Part shown: positions 1 through 10,231 of the stretch, in pieces | Layout: every line of letters starts with the position of its first letter | Position numbering within the stretch: the stretch's first letter is position 1 | Source: Candidatus Limnocylindrales bacterium | GTDB lineage: Bacteria; Moduliflexota; Moduliflexia; Moduliflexales; JAUQPW01 | Direction: 5' to 3' | Assembly (NCBI GenBank): GCA_035559535.1 | Contig: DATMBG010000058.1 | Location: 124,001-188,000, forward strand | DNA length: 64,000 nt | Program-made: the position numbers and the translations under genes | Notes under the pieces: generated by a model | What the model was told of the DNA's origin: nothing | What the model saw: only the letters and a program-made list of their open reading frames with translations | Database searches by the model: none

Positions 1-176
1 CGGGGCATCTTCAAATCAACGACCAAAAGATCAAACTTCTGGCCATTTAACAATTGAAGCGCCTGTTCGCCACTCAACGCCGTTGCAACTTCATAACCCC
101 CACTGATCAGGAATTCTTTTAAAAACTCCAGAATATCTGCTTCATCCTCTACAGCCAGAATCCGAGCTTTTCCCAT
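1..176 (-). CDS. Response regulator receiver-domain protein (N-terminal part; runs off the window edge)
   Basis: Manual translation MGKARILAVEDEADILEFLKEFLISGGYEVATALSGEQALQLLNGQKFDLLVVDLKMP: acidic pocket EDE and phospho-acceptor D in DLKMP; purine-rich RBS upstream. Not in the ORF track. Confidence 0.9.
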   Translation of the reverse strand, partial: MGKARILAVEDEADILEFLKEFLISGGYEVATALSGEQALQLLNGQKFDLLVVDLKMP

Positions 177-423
177 AAAAACCCTCTCTCATCCTATAAA
201 CGCTTATTCTATAGACCCCCACTTTAAACCTTCCTTTTAAACAGGTCTTATAATAAAATATTAATTAATTTCGCTAAAAAATCAACAAAATTAACTTGAA
301 TTATACTTTTATTTCGTTTAGGTCGGATCAGAGATCTTTTTATGGTAAAAAATGTTACTTTATGACTTTAAACTTTGGTTCCTCAAGGTCAGCCTAAGAC
401 TTCAGGATTTTGATTTCTATTGG

Positions 424-452
424 TTGACAGGGAGCTATTTTCTCCCTATCTT
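424..452 (+). promoter_or_regulatory. Putative sigma70 promoter of the pur cluster
   Basis: TTGACA (424-429), 17-nt spacer, TATCTT (447-452), about 50 nt upstream of the purC start; GGAGG RBS follows. Confidence 0.6.
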
Positions 453-501
453 TATGTTGTAACAGAATCCCAAAGAACCTTCTCAACGGGGAGGAAGCTA
501 A

Positions 502-1242
502 ATGGTACAAACCATCTATGAAGGCAAGGCTAAGATCGTTAAGGATCAGGAAGGCCCCCAAGAAGTTTCTATCTTCTTCAAGGATGATGCAACGGCTTTT
601 GATGGTTTAAAGAAGGATAAAATTCCTCAAAAGGGTTTTTACAATGCTCGAATAACCTGTCTCATCTTCCGGTATCTAGAAAAAAAAGGAATCAAAACCC
701 ATTTTATTCGGGAACTGGATGAACGAACCTTTCTGGCGAAAAAACTTCAGATGATCCCCATCGAAGTCATCGTTCGAAACCGGGCTACCGGAAGTTTAGT
801 CAAACGAATCGGTCTGAAAGAAGGAGAGATTTTGAGCCCTCCGGTTGTGGAATTTTATTATAAAAATGACCCTCTACACGACCCTTTAATCAATGAGGAT
901 CATGCACGAGTTCTTAAACTGGCCAGTTCAGAAGAACTCTCCCAACTCCGTAAACAAGCTTTAGAGGTTAATAACCTGTTGGTTCCGGTATGTGACCAGG
1001 CTGACCTGATCCTGGTGGACTTCAAGCTGGAATTTGGTCGATATCGGGGTGAAATTCTCCTGGGGGATGAGATATCTCCGGATACCTGTAGATTTTGGGA
1101 TAAGTATACCGGAAAAAAATTAGATAAGGATCGATTCCGGCAAGACTTAGGAGAAGTCATCGAGGCCTATGAAGAGGTTTATCACCGGCTTTCTAAAGTG
1201 ATAAATCAGGAATCAGTCCTTCAGAGTCGGCCTTCAGAATAA
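502..1242 (+). CDS. purC: SAICAR synthetase
   Basis: YEGKAK, FKDDATAFDG, LVDFKLEFG, DEISPDTCRFWD and LDKDRFR motifs. Confidence 0.97.
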   Translation: MVQTIYEGKAKIVKDQEGPQEVSIFFKDDATAFDGLKKDKIPQKGFYNARITCLIFRYLEKKGIKTHFIRELDERTFLAKKLQMIPIEVIVRNRATGSLVKRIGLKEGEILSPPVVEFYYKNDPLHDPLINEDHARVLKLASSEELSQLRKQALEVNNLLVPVCDQADLILVDFKLEFGRYRGEILLGDEISPDTCRFWDKYTGKKLDKDRFRQDLGEVIEAYEEVYHRLSKVINQESVLQSRPSE

Positions 1243-1288
1243 CTGATAACTTTTGAATTCTGACTCCGGCTTCTGGTTCCTGTTTTCC

Positions 1289-1531
1289 ATGCTGACGGCT
1301 AAAATTTATATCACCCTTAAAAAAGGGGTTTTAGACCCTCAAGGAATAACCATTCAGGAGGCTTTACAGAACTTAGGTTATCAAAATGTTCGAGAGACCC
1401 GGGTTGGTAAACTTATCGAAATCCAATTAAATTCGGTTTCCAGGGAAGAGGCAGAGCAGCAAGTCCATAAAATGTGTCAGGAACTGCTGGCTAATCCGGT
1501 CATCGAGCAATATGAATTTACCTTATCATGA
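1289..1531 (+). CDS. purS: FGAM synthase subunit PurS
   Basis: [10 protein letters not shown] and LLANPVIE motifs; start moved to ATG 1289 because the upstream extension is repeat-derived. Confidence 0.95.
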   Translation: MLTAKIYITLKKGVLDPQGITIQEALQNLGYQNVRETRVGKLIEIQLNSVSREEAEQQVHKMCQELLANPVIEQYEFTLS

Positions 1532-2226
1532 AATTCGGTGTCGTTGTTTTTCCGGGATCCAATTGTGATCAGGATACCTACCAGGCCCTCCAACAGGTTA
1601 CAGGCCAGCAGGTGGAGTACATCTGGCACAAGGAGACAAAGCTGGGAAATTACGACGGGATTATTCTCCCCGGAGGATTCAGTTATGGAGATTATCTAAG
1701 GGCCGGGGCTATTGCACGGTTTTCCAAAATCATGCCCAGTATCATCAACTTTGCCCGAAGTGGAGGACTGGTCCTGGGAATTTGTAATGGATTTCAGATT
1801 CTCCTGGAAAGTGGCTTATTACCGGGAACGATGATGAAAAACCGCACATTGCAATTTATCTGTAAGGATGTCTATGTAAAAATCGAGCAGAACACCACGC
1901 CTTTCACCCTGGACTATGAGAAAAACCAGGTGATAACCCTTCCCATTGCCCATTCCGAAGGAAACTATTACACCGATCCAAAGACGTTAGAAGAATTGGA
2001 AATCAACGGTCAGATCATTTTTCGGTATGTTTCCCCCGAAGGGAAAGTTGAAGAGGAGTGGAATCCCAACGGTTCTCTCCATAATATTGCCGGAATTGCC
2101 AATAAAGAAGGAAATGTCGTAGGTCTTATGCCTCATCCCGAACGGAATGTAGACTCTTTGATTGGGGACGGTATGGGTGCCCGGGTTTTTTCTTCTATGG
2201 TTAACTGGCATCACCGTAAAGGTTAA
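1528..2226 (+). CDS. purQ: FGAM synthase glutaminase subunit
   Basis: [26 protein letters not shown] (catalytic Cys), MPHPER. Confidence 0.97.
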   Translation: MKFGVVVFPGSNCDQDTYQALQQVTGQQVEYIWHKETKLGNYDGIILPGGFSYGDYLRAGAIARFSKIMPSIINFARSGGLVLGICNGFQILLESGLLPGTMMKNRTLQFICKDVYVKIEQNTTPFTLDYEKNQVITLPIAHSEGNYYTDPKTLEELEINGQIIFRYVSPEGKVEEEWNPNGSLHNIAGIANKEGNVVGLMPHPERNVDSLIGDGMGARVFSSMVNWHHRKG

Positions 2227-2232
2227 GGGACT

Positions 2233-2589
2233 ATGGTCAACGATATCCCTGCTTTTCTACTTATGAATGTTTTGCAGGTTTACCTGCCGAATATCAAAAG
2301 GAATCTGGAAGCTGAGGGGACCTGGGATGAATTTAAGGCAGGTTTAGGGGATTTTAGCGAGACTTTTTATGAAGGAATGACCGAAGAAGAGATTGAGCAG
2401 GCGTCCCGGAATATTCTAGCCATTTGCTCCCTATATTCTTATCTGCGGGATCTCTTGCTTCAAGCCAATAATATGAGATTGGAGGCCAGGCCCAGGACTG
2501 AAGAGGAGCTGGCCCGATTGGTAGCCAGATATAAAGCCCTTACCAGGGATCCCGAAACGCTTTTCGGAAAAAATTACCATGAACCTTAA
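2233..2589 (+). CDS. Hypothetical helical protein inside the pur cluster
   Basis: 118-aa ORF filling the purQ-purL gap, AAGGGA RBS, overlaps the purL start; no recognised motif. Confidence 0.7.
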   Translation: MVNDIPAFLLMNVLQVYLPNIKRNLEAEGTWDEFKAGLGDFSETFYEGMTEEEIEQASRNILAICSLYSYLRDLLLQANNMRLEARPRTEEELARLVARYKALTRDPETLFGKNYHEP

Positions 2590-4894
2590 CGAGATAAAGG
2601 TGACCCCGGAAGTCATCCAGGCCCAGGGTCTTTCTCCAGAAGAATACGAAAAGATAAAAACTCTTTTGGGAAGGGAACCGAATATAACGGAGCTCGGGAT
2701 TTTTTCGGTCATGTGGTCGGAACATTGTAGCTATAAATCCTCTCGTTTCTGGTTAAAGAGTCTTCCTACCCAGGGGAGTCGCGTGCTCATAGGTCCCGGG
2801 GAAAATGCCGGGGTTATCGATATTGGAGATGGACTGGCCGTTGTCATGAAAATCGAAAGCCATAACCACCCTTCTTTCGTGGAACCTTATCAAGGGGCCG
2901 CTACCGGGGTTGGGGGTATTTTACGGGATATTTTTACCATGGGAGCCCGACCCATTGCGGTTTTAAATTCCCTGCGGTTTGGGGATTTGAAAAATCCAAA
3001 GACCCGATACCTTCTGGGAGGAGTGGTAGCAGGAATTGCTGGCTATGGAAATCCGTTTGGCGTCCCAACGGTCGGGGGAGAGGTTTATTTTGAACCCTGC
3101 TATAACGGAAATCCTCTGGTCAACGTGATGGCCGTGGGTCTCCTGCGACAGGATCGTGTGCAAAGGGGTCGAGCTGAAGGTATTGGAAATCCGGTCATTA
3201 TTGTAGGCTCCCCTACCGGTCGTGATGGGATCCACGGGGCCGCCTTTGCCTCCAGAGAGTTGAGCGAAAAGTCCATGGAAGACCGACCTTCCGTTCAAAT
3301 CGGAGATCCTTTTACAGAAAAAAAATTGCTGGAAGCTTGTCTGGAACTTTATGAGAGCGGTTATCTGGTCGGAATCCAGGACATGGGTGCTGCCGGTTTG
3401 ACATGCTCTACCTCGGAAATGGCTGCACGGGCCGGTACGGGAATGAAAATCTATCTGGATCAGGTCCCCTTACGGGAATCCGGAATGACCCCCTATGAAA
3501 TCATGCTCTCCGAGTCCCAGGAGCGCATGTTGATGGTAGTTAAAAAAGGCTATGAAAATAAAGCCCGGGAGATTTTTGAAAAGTGGGACTTAAAATTTGC
3601 CGTTATTGGAGAGGTTACCGGAGCCGAAGCACCCCATCAACAGGCCTTACTCCAGATTTATCTGAAAGGGCAGGTGGTAGCAGAAATTCCGATAAGCAGC
3701 CTGACCGATGAAGCACCCCTTTACCGAAGGCCTTTCGTGAAGCCTGATTATTTGAAAGAAACCGCCAACCTGGATCTGGAGAAGATTCCTCTACCTGCAA
3801 ACCCTGAAGAAGTCTTCCTGACTCTCCTGGGTTCCGACAATATTCGAAGTAAGCGCCCGATCTATCAACAATACGATCACACCATCCTTGCCAATACGAT
3901 TCTACGCCCGGAAGAAGGAGATGCAGCCGTTCTTCGGATCCGAAAAGTTGAAACTACGAAGACGGCGGAAGGGATAGAAGAACGCGAGAACGGAAAACTG
4001 AAAAGGGAAAAGGCCATTGCTTTGACGACAGACGGTAATGGGCGGTATTGCTATCTAAATCCGAGGCGAGGTGCACAGATTGCCGTAGCAGAGGCTGCCC
4101 GTAATGTGGTCTGTGTAGGAGCCGAACCCATTGCCATCACCGACGGATTGAACTTTGGTAGCCCGGAGCAACCCGAAGTCATGTGGCAGTTTGTGGAAAC
4201 CATCGAAGGCCTCAAAACGGCCTGTACGGCTTTAGGTATTCCTATTATAGGAGGAAATGTCAGTTTCTATAACGAAACAAACGGAAAGGCCATTTATCCT
4301 ACTCCTATCATCGGAATGTTGGGACTGATTGAAGAGGTTGGTTATATTACCGGACAAAGTTTTAAAGATCCGGGGGACCTGATCGTCCTTCTCGGGGAAA
4401 ATAAAGGTGAGATCGGTGGCAGTGAGTATTTAAAGATTATCCATCAACGTGTCCTGGGGGAAGGACCTTCTCTAGATCTACAAAGAGAAAAAGCGCTTCA
4501 ACAAGCCTGTCTGAAGGCGATTCGCTCAGGTCTTATCAAGTCGGCTCACGATACCTCCCAGGGTGGATTGGCTATTTGCCTGGCAGAGTCCTGTTTGACC
4601 GGACGGGGTAAAGAAAAGAATCCTCATTTACCAGGTATCTCCATCGAGCTTACCGATCCCCTGAGATGGGACTTTTTGCTGTTTGGAGAAGACCAGGCCC
4701 GGATTGTTGTGAGTTTAAGCCCCTTGAATCTGGAAAAACTTCAAGAAATTGCTTATAGCTTTCAGGTCCCTATAACCGTATTGGGTAAGGTGACAGACAG
4801 TGGAATCTTTCAGATCAATGATTGGATTCGTTTACCTGTATCTAAACTCAGAGAAGTCTGGACCGGAAAGCGGGGATTAGCAGACAGTAAGTAG
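2579..4894 (+). CDS. purL: FGAM synthase subunit PurL (small type)
   Basis: [41 protein letters not shown]. Confidence 0.98.
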   Translation: MNLNEIKVTPEVIQAQGLSPEEYEKIKTLLGREPNITELGIFSVMWSEHCSYKSSRFWLKSLPTQGSRVLIGPGENAGVIDIGDGLAVVMKIESHNHPSFVEPYQGAATGVGGILRDIFTMGARPIAVLNSLRFGDLKNPKTRYLLGGVVAGIAGYGNPFGVPTVGGEVYFEPCYNGNPLVNVMAVGLLRQDRVQRGRAEGIGNPVIIVGSPTGRDGIHGAAFASRELSEKSMEDRPSVQIGDPFTEKKLLEACLELYESGYLVGIQDMGAAGLTCSTSEMAARAGTGMKIYLDQVPLRESGMTPYEIMLSESQERMLMVVKKGYENKAREIFEKWDLKFAVIGEVTGAEAPHQQALLQIYLKGQVVAEIPISSLTDEAPLYRRPFVKPDYLKETANLDLEKIPLPANPEEVFLTLLGSDNIRSKRPIYQQYDHTILANTILRPEEGDAAVLRIRKVETTKTAEGIEERENGKLKREKAIALTTDGNGRYCYLNPRRGAQIAVAEAARNVVCVGAEPIAITDGLNFGSPEQPEVMWQFVETIEGLKTACTALGIPIIGGNVSFYNETNGKAIYPTPIIGMLGLIEEVGYITGQSFKDPGDLIVLLGENKGEIGGSEYLKIIHQRVLGEGPSLDLQREKALQQACLKAIRSGLIKSAHDTSQGGLAICLAESCLTGRGKEKNPHLPGISIELTDPLRWDFLLFGEDQARIVVSLSPLNLEKLQEIAYSFQVPITVLGKVTDSGIFQINDWIRLPVSKLREVWTGKRGLADSK

Positions 4895-4944
4895 TGGGCG
4901 GCTTTTTTCCCCCCACCCAGAACTTACTGCCAGCAAAGCTAAGC

Positions 4945-6318
4945 ATGTGTGGAATCTTTGGTATCTATGGATCACCTGAAACGACCGATGTTGCTCATTT
5001 AACCTATTACGGACTCTATGCATTACAACATCGAGGGCAGGAAAGCGCCGGAATCGTTGTTCATGGTAGCCGGAATGAAACTCACTTCCATAAAGGGATG
5101 GGTCTGGTTTCTAAAGTCTTCAATGAACGAGATCTGGAAGGATTGAAGGGGAAGGTGGCCATTGGGCATGTTCGCTATTCAACCTGTGGGGATAGCAATA
5201 AAAGAAATATTCAACCCATTATTGTACAGTTCTCAAGGGGAAGACTGGCTATTGCCCATAATGGAAATCTGGTCAATGCCCAGGAATTGTTTAAAAGGTT
5301 AGAAGAAGAAGGCTCTATTTTTCAAACCACAACGGATACGGAAATTTTTGCCCATCTTATTGCCAAATCAAGACAGGAAAGCTTTGAAGGGCGGGTTCAA
5401 GAGGCTTTAGCTCAGGTTAAAGGAGCCTATTCTCTGGTTTTATTGTATAATGGGGTGCTCTATGGGATTCGGGACCCAAATGGATTTCGGCCTCTCATTT
5501 TGGGTAATCTGGAAGGCTCTTATATTTTAGCTTCGGAGACCTGTGCCTTAGATTTATTAGGGGCTGAGTTTATCCGGGAAATCGAGCCCGGAGAAATGAT
5601 TAAAATCAGCTCTAAAGGATTGGAATCCTCCAGGTTTTCGGCCAAAAAAGAAAGTGTTTGCATCTTTGAATTGGTTTATTTTGCAAGACCCGACAGCCAT
5701 ATCTTTAACCAAAGTGTTTATCAGGCCCGAATTCGAATGGGAGCCCAGTTGGCTAGAGAATCGAAAACGGAAGCCGATGTAGTTATTCCTGTGCCGGATT
5801 CAGGAGTTGCAGCAGCCATTGGTTTTGCCCGTGAATCTGGAATACCTTATGAAATGGGACTAACCCGGAATCATTATGTGGGGAGGACCTTTATTCAACC
5901 CTCTCCGGAGATTCGAGATTTAAGGTTAAAGATTAAATTGAACCCCATTGAAGAAGCTTTGCAAGGCAAACGGGTTATTGTAGTGGATGATTCTATCGTC
6001 CGGGGGACTACCTGCAAGCAGTTGATCAAATTAATCCGAAAAGCAGGGGCCAAAGAAGTTCATCTCAAAATCAGCTCCCCTCCCATCCGATATCCTTGTT
6101 TCTTCGGCATAGATACTCCAGATCGAAACCAGCTCATCGCGGCGACCCATTCTTTAGAGGAAATAAAAGATTTCCTGGGGGTAGATAGTCTTCAATATCT
6201 TTCCCTGCAGGGACTCCGGGCTGCTGTAAAAGGAAATAAGCATTCCTATTGCGATGCCTGTTTTACAGGACAATATCCTGTAGCCATTAGCAATGCGCAG
6301 TGGGCAATTAACGAGTAG
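4945..6318 (+). CDS. purF: Amidophosphoribosyltransferase
   Basis: MCGIFG N-terminal nucleophile (start at ATG 4945), QHRGQESAG, GHVRYST, VDDSIVRGTT, C-terminal CDAC. Confidence 0.97.
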   Translation: MCGIFGIYGSPETTDVAHLTYYGLYALQHRGQESAGIVVHGSRNETHFHKGMGLVSKVFNERDLEGLKGKVAIGHVRYSTCGDSNKRNIQPIIVQFSRGRLAIAHNGNLVNAQELFKRLEEEGSIFQTTTDTEIFAHLIAKSRQESFEGRVQEALAQVKGAYSLVLLYNGVLYGIRDPNGFRPLILGNLEGSYILASETCALDLLGAEFIREIEPGEMIKISSKGLESSRFSAKKESVCIFELVYFARPDSHIFNQSVYQARIRMGAQLARESKTEADVVIPVPDSGVAAAIGFARESGIPYEMGLTRNHYVGRTFIQPSPEIRDLRLKIKLNPIEEALQGKRVIVVDDSIVRGTTCKQLIKLIRKAGAKEVHLKISSPPIRYPCFFGIDTPDRNQLIAATHSLEEIKDFLGVDSLQYLSLQGLRAAVKGNKHSYCDACFTGQYPVAISNAQWAINE

Positions 6319-6342
6319 GGAGTGCTTAGTTGCTCAAGGCGC

Positions 6343-7374
6343 ATGGCCCCTGGTTCAGTGATTACTTACCGAACTGCCGGTGTGGACGTTGAAAAAGGGA
6401 ATCGTTTTGTCCAGGAGATCAAAGAGTTGGTGCAATCTACCTTTAGCCCTGGCGTGCTAACGGAGTTAGGGGGATTTTCGGGATTATTTTCACTGGATCT
6501 CTCCGGAATTGGCGAACCTGTTTTGGTGGCGACGACGGACGGTGTCGGTACAAAACTTAAGATTGCCCAGATGGTTAACTATCATGAAACAATCGGCATA
6601 GACCTGGTAGCCATGTGTGCTAACGATTTGATTACCTGCGGAGCCAGGCCCCTCTTCTTTCTGGATTATTTTGCCACCGGTCGATTAGAGCTGGAACAGG
6701 GGAAAGCTATCATTGCCGGAATTGTAGAAGGCTGTCGACAGGCCCATATGGCTCTTATTGCTGGAGAGACCGCCGAAATGCCGGGGGTTTATGAGGCTGG
6801 AGAGTATGATCTGGCGGGTTTTGCGGTAGGGATAGTTGATCGAAGTAAAATCATAGACCCCAGCCGGATCCAACCGGGAGATAAGATCCTGGGAATTCCC
6901 GCCAGTGGTATTCACAGTAACGGCTACTCCTTGGTCCGAAAAGTACTCCTGGAAATGAACGCCATTGACCTGACCCAATACTCCACCGAACTTTCCAATA
7001 CTTTTGCCTGCGAACTTCTCAAGCCCACCCGCATCTATGTGGACCTTGTTCAGGAACTCCTGGGAAGATATTCCATTAAAGGAATCAGCCATATCACCGG
7101 AGGGGGTTTTCCGGAGAAATTGGGTCGGATTCTTCCGAAAGGATGTCAGGCCCTCATCGATAGCCATTCCTGGTCTGTTCTTCCCATCTTCCGGTTGATT
7201 CAGACCCTGGGTCAAATTTCAACCGAAGAAATGTTTCGAACGTTTAACATGGGTATCGGAATGGCTCTCGTTACCGATGTCCAAACAGCAAATTCAATTG
7301 TCGAGCAATTTAAAGAAATCAGGCCAATCGGGAAGATCCTGGAGGGTGAAAAGAAGGTGGAGATTCTGTACTGA
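6343..7374 (+). CDS. purM: AIR synthetase
   Basis: YRTAGVD, TDGVGTK, GETAEMPG, GIHSNGYSL, TFNMGIG; start uncertain. Confidence 0.96.
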   Translation: MAPGSVITYRTAGVDVEKGNRFVQEIKELVQSTFSPGVLTELGGFSGLFSLDLSGIGEPVLVATTDGVGTKLKIAQMVNYHETIGIDLVAMCANDLITCGARPLFFLDYFATGRLELEQGKAIIAGIVEGCRQAHMALIAGETAEMPGVYEAGEYDLAGFAVGIVDRSKIIDPSRIQPGDKILGIPASGIHSNGYSLVRKVLLEMNAIDLTQYSTELSNTFACELLKPTRIYVDLVQELLGRYSIKGISHITGGGFPEKLGRILPKGCQALIDSHSWSVLPIFRLIQTLGQISTEEMFRTFNMGIGMALVTDVQTANSIVEQFKEIRPIGKILEGEKKVEILY

Positions 7375-7584
7375 TATCCCTTTGCCTTCCAGAGGGTAAT
7401 TTGTCATGGTGAGGAGCCCTATGAGCCAAAACCCAGAGCGAAGCCGGGAACTCGCCATAACCGGCTATTCGTTTAATTGCAAACAAATGGGAATATAAAA
7501 TGTTCTTTGTCCGTTGTTTGTTGCCCGCTGTTTTTGACTTTTAGTACAAACTCCGGGTAAGGGACAACGGACAATGGACAAAGG

Positions 7585-8199
7585 ATGAAACGGGTCGCCG
7601 TTTTTGCTTCGGGACGTGGAACCAATTTGCAGGCCCTTATTGAGGCTACAAAAAAAGGGGAAATTCCTGCAAAAATCGTTTTGGTGATTACGGACCGGGA
7701 AGATGCCCAGGCCCTGAGACGAGCCGCGCAGAACTTTATTAAGGCCTTTTACCTGTCTCCAGAAGGTCTAACCCGTGAAGAGTATGATAGCCTTCTCTTA
7801 AGATTTCTACAGGATAACCAAATCGATCTTATTGCCCTGGCAGGATTTATGCGAATTCTATCTCCGGTGTTGATTCGAGCTTATCCCAATAAAATTCTCA
7901 ACATCCATCCTTCTCTTTTACCGGCTTTTCCCGGACTTCATGCCCAAAGACAGGCCCTGGAATATGGCGTCAAGGTTACAGGCTGTACGGTTCACCTGGT
8001 CGATGAAGAGGTAGATCATGGTCCCATTGTCATTCAGCGAACTGTTCCTGTCTACGATACCGATACAGAAGAAACTCTGTCTGCCAGAATCTTAGAACAG
8101 GAGCATATCGCTTATCCAGAAGCCTTGAAACTTTTGGCCGAAGACCGGTTGATCGTTCAAGGTAGAAGGGTCTTTATTCGTGACGCGGGAACAACTTAA
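7585..8199 (+). CDS. purN: GAR formyltransferase
   Basis: SGRGTNLQA, LAGFMRIL, NIHPSLLP, VDHGPI. Confidence 0.97.
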   Translation: MKRVAVFASGRGTNLQALIEATKKGEIPAKIVLVITDREDAQALRRAAQNFIKAFYLSPEGLTREEYDSLLLRFLQDNQIDLIALAGFMRILSPVLIRAYPNKILNIHPSLLPAFPGLHAQRQALEYGVKVTGCTVHLVDEEVDHGPIVIQRTVPVYDTDTEETLSARILEQEHIAYPEALKLLAEDRLIVQGRRVFIRDAGTT

Positions 8200-8295
8200 G
8201 ACGCAGGAACGCTGGGACCAGGAGACGCGGGAACCTGGAGGACACGGGGAAATATCTCCATGTCCCCTTGTCTCCGTATCTCCGCGTTTACCGAC

Positions 8296-9588
8296 ATGAA
8301 AGTATTGGTTATCGGAGGGGGTGGGCGAGAACATGCGATTGTGTGGAAGCTTGCCCAAAGCCCTAAAGTTACCAAGTTATATGCAGCGCCTGGAAATGCA
8401 GGCATCTCTCATCTGGCAGAATGTCTTCCGATCAAGGCTGAAGACATCCCTCAACTGGTAGATTTCGCCAGGAAAGCCCGGATAGATTTAACCTTTTGTG
8501 GTCCGGAACAGCCTCTGGTGCTGGGTCTGGTGGATGAATTCAGGCGGGCCGGATTAACCGTTGTGGGACCGGATCGGGCAGGTGCCCGATTAGAGGCCAG
8601 CAAGGCTTATGCCAAGCAATTTATGACCCGCTTTGGGATACCTACTGCGCCCTATGAAATCTTTGATAATCCCCAAGCTGCAAAAGCCTATTTGCGACAT
8701 AGGGCCTATCCTGTGGTTATCAAAGCAGATGGATTGGCAGCAGGTAAAGGCGTTGTTATCGCGCAAAATCTTGAGGAGGGGCTTCGGACGATCGATCAGA
8801 TAATGATAGCCAAAATATTCGGGAGCGCAGGGGACAAGGTCGTTATTGAAGAATATCTTTCAGGTCAGGAACTCTCCTTCTTCTGCTTTACAGATGGAAC
8901 CACCGTCTATCCACTGGCCTCCGCCCGGGATTACAAAAGAAGCCACGATGGTGATAAGGGACTCAATACCGGTGGAATGGGCTCTTATTCTCCGAACCGA
9001 TTCCTTACCCCGGAGAGGGAAAATGAGATTATGGAACGCATAGCTCTTCCGGTTATTCGGGGACTCCAGACGAATTCGATTACGTATCAGGGTATCCTTT
9101 ATATAGGTCTTATGCTGACCCCGCAAGGTCCTCGGGTTTTGGAGTTTAATGTTCGGTTTGGAGATCCGGAGACCCAGGTTATCTTACCAAGGCTCAAAAC
9201 AGACCTGGTGGAGGTTCTTCTTGCCATTGCCGAACACCGACTCCATAAGGTTAAACTGGAGTGGAGGGAGGATTCAACAATCTGTGTGGTTTTAGCTTCA
9301 GGCGGCTATCCCCAGAGCTACGAGGTCGGTAAACCTATTTTTGGTCTGGAAGAATTAAAGGCTGAAGATGGCTGGATTTTCCACGCGGGTACAGCTTATA
9401 AAAGGAATCCGGACGATCCGACCGGTCCTCCCCGCTTAGTTACCAGCGGAGGTCGGGTCTTAGGAGTAACAGCCCGAGGAAAAACCCTTGAAGAGGCAAG
9501 GGCTAAGGTATACAAAACCGTCACGAGGATTCACTTCGACGGCATGCATTATCGCAAAGATATTGGGGAAGTATGGAGTCTTGAGTGA
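8296..9588 (+). CDS. purD: GAR synthetase
   Basis: [46 protein letters not shown]. Confidence 0.97.
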   Translation: MKVLVIGGGGREHAIVWKLAQSPKVTKLYAAPGNAGISHLAECLPIKAEDIPQLVDFARKARIDLTFCGPEQPLVLGLVDEFRRAGLTVVGPDRAGARLEASKAYAKQFMTRFGIPTAPYEIFDNPQAAKAYLRHRAYPVVIKADGLAAGKGVVIAQNLEEGLRTIDQIMIAKIFGSAGDKVVIEEYLSGQELSFFCFTDGTTVYPLASARDYKRSHDGDKGLNTGGMGSYSPNRFLTPERENEIMERIALPVIRGLQTNSITYQGILYIGLMLTPQGPRVLEFNVRFGDPETQVILPRLKTDLVEVLLAIAEHRLHKVKLEWREDSTICVVLASGGYPQSYEVGKPIFGLEELKAEDGWIFHAGTAYKRNPDDPTGPPRLVTSGGRVLGVTARGKTLEEARAKVYKTVTRIHFDGMHYRKDIGEVWSLE

Positions 9589-9640
9589 AAGGGTCCTACA
9601 GGCATCCCGAATCATTCATTACTCGGTACGTACGTTAAAG

Positions 9641-10126
9641 GTGGAAAAACCGCTGGTTGCCATTATCATGGGGAGTAAGTCCGATTGGGAAACGATGCGT
9701 GCAGCGGATGAAGTCCTGACCCAATTTGGAGTTCCCCACGAATGTCGCATTGTTTCTGCGCACCGAACGCCGACCTGGCTGGCAGAGTTTGCGACCAATG
9801 CTGAGTCACGGGGCATTGAAGTGATTATTGCAGGAGCCGGAGGGGCCGCCCATTTGCCCGGTATGACTGCGGCGCAAACCCTTATTCCTGTACTGGGAGT
9901 CCCCGTGGAAAGTCGAGCCTTAAAGGGTCTGGATTCGCTTCTTTCTATTGTCCAGATGCCTGCAGGTATTCCCGTGGGTACCCTGGCTATTGGTCAGGCA
10001 GGTGCCACCAACGCAGCCCTGCTGGCTATCGCCATCCTCTCCAACCACCGCCCCGAATTACGGGAGAAGCTCCGTCAATTTCGAGCCGAGCAAACCCGGC
10101 GGGTGATGAATGAAACATTGCCCTGA
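9641..10126 (+). CDS. purE: N5-CAIR mutase
   Basis: [32 protein letters not shown]; likely GTG start at 9641. Confidence 0.96.
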   Translation: MEKPLVAIIMGSKSDWETMRAADEVLTQFGVPHECRIVSAHRTPTWLAEFATNAESRGIEVIIAGAGGAAHLPGMTAAQTLIPVLGVPVESRALKGLDSLLSIVQMPAGIPVGTLAIGQAGATNAALLAIAILSNHRPELREKLRQFRAEQTRRVMNETLP

Positions 10127-10231
10127 CGTAACCCCTTTGGACTCTTTTTGTAACTTCTCCGTGTCCCCTGGGGTTAAAAAGTAAATCCCAAGGTTCACCG
10201 AGAAGATACAAAGTTCGCAAGGATTTTGGAG

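Noticed and set aside
9488..9640. N-terminal extensions of purE (also purF, purD, gcvH and the CoxM-like gene) in the ORF track
   Set aside because: They overlap upstream genes or repeats; conserved starts lie downstream.
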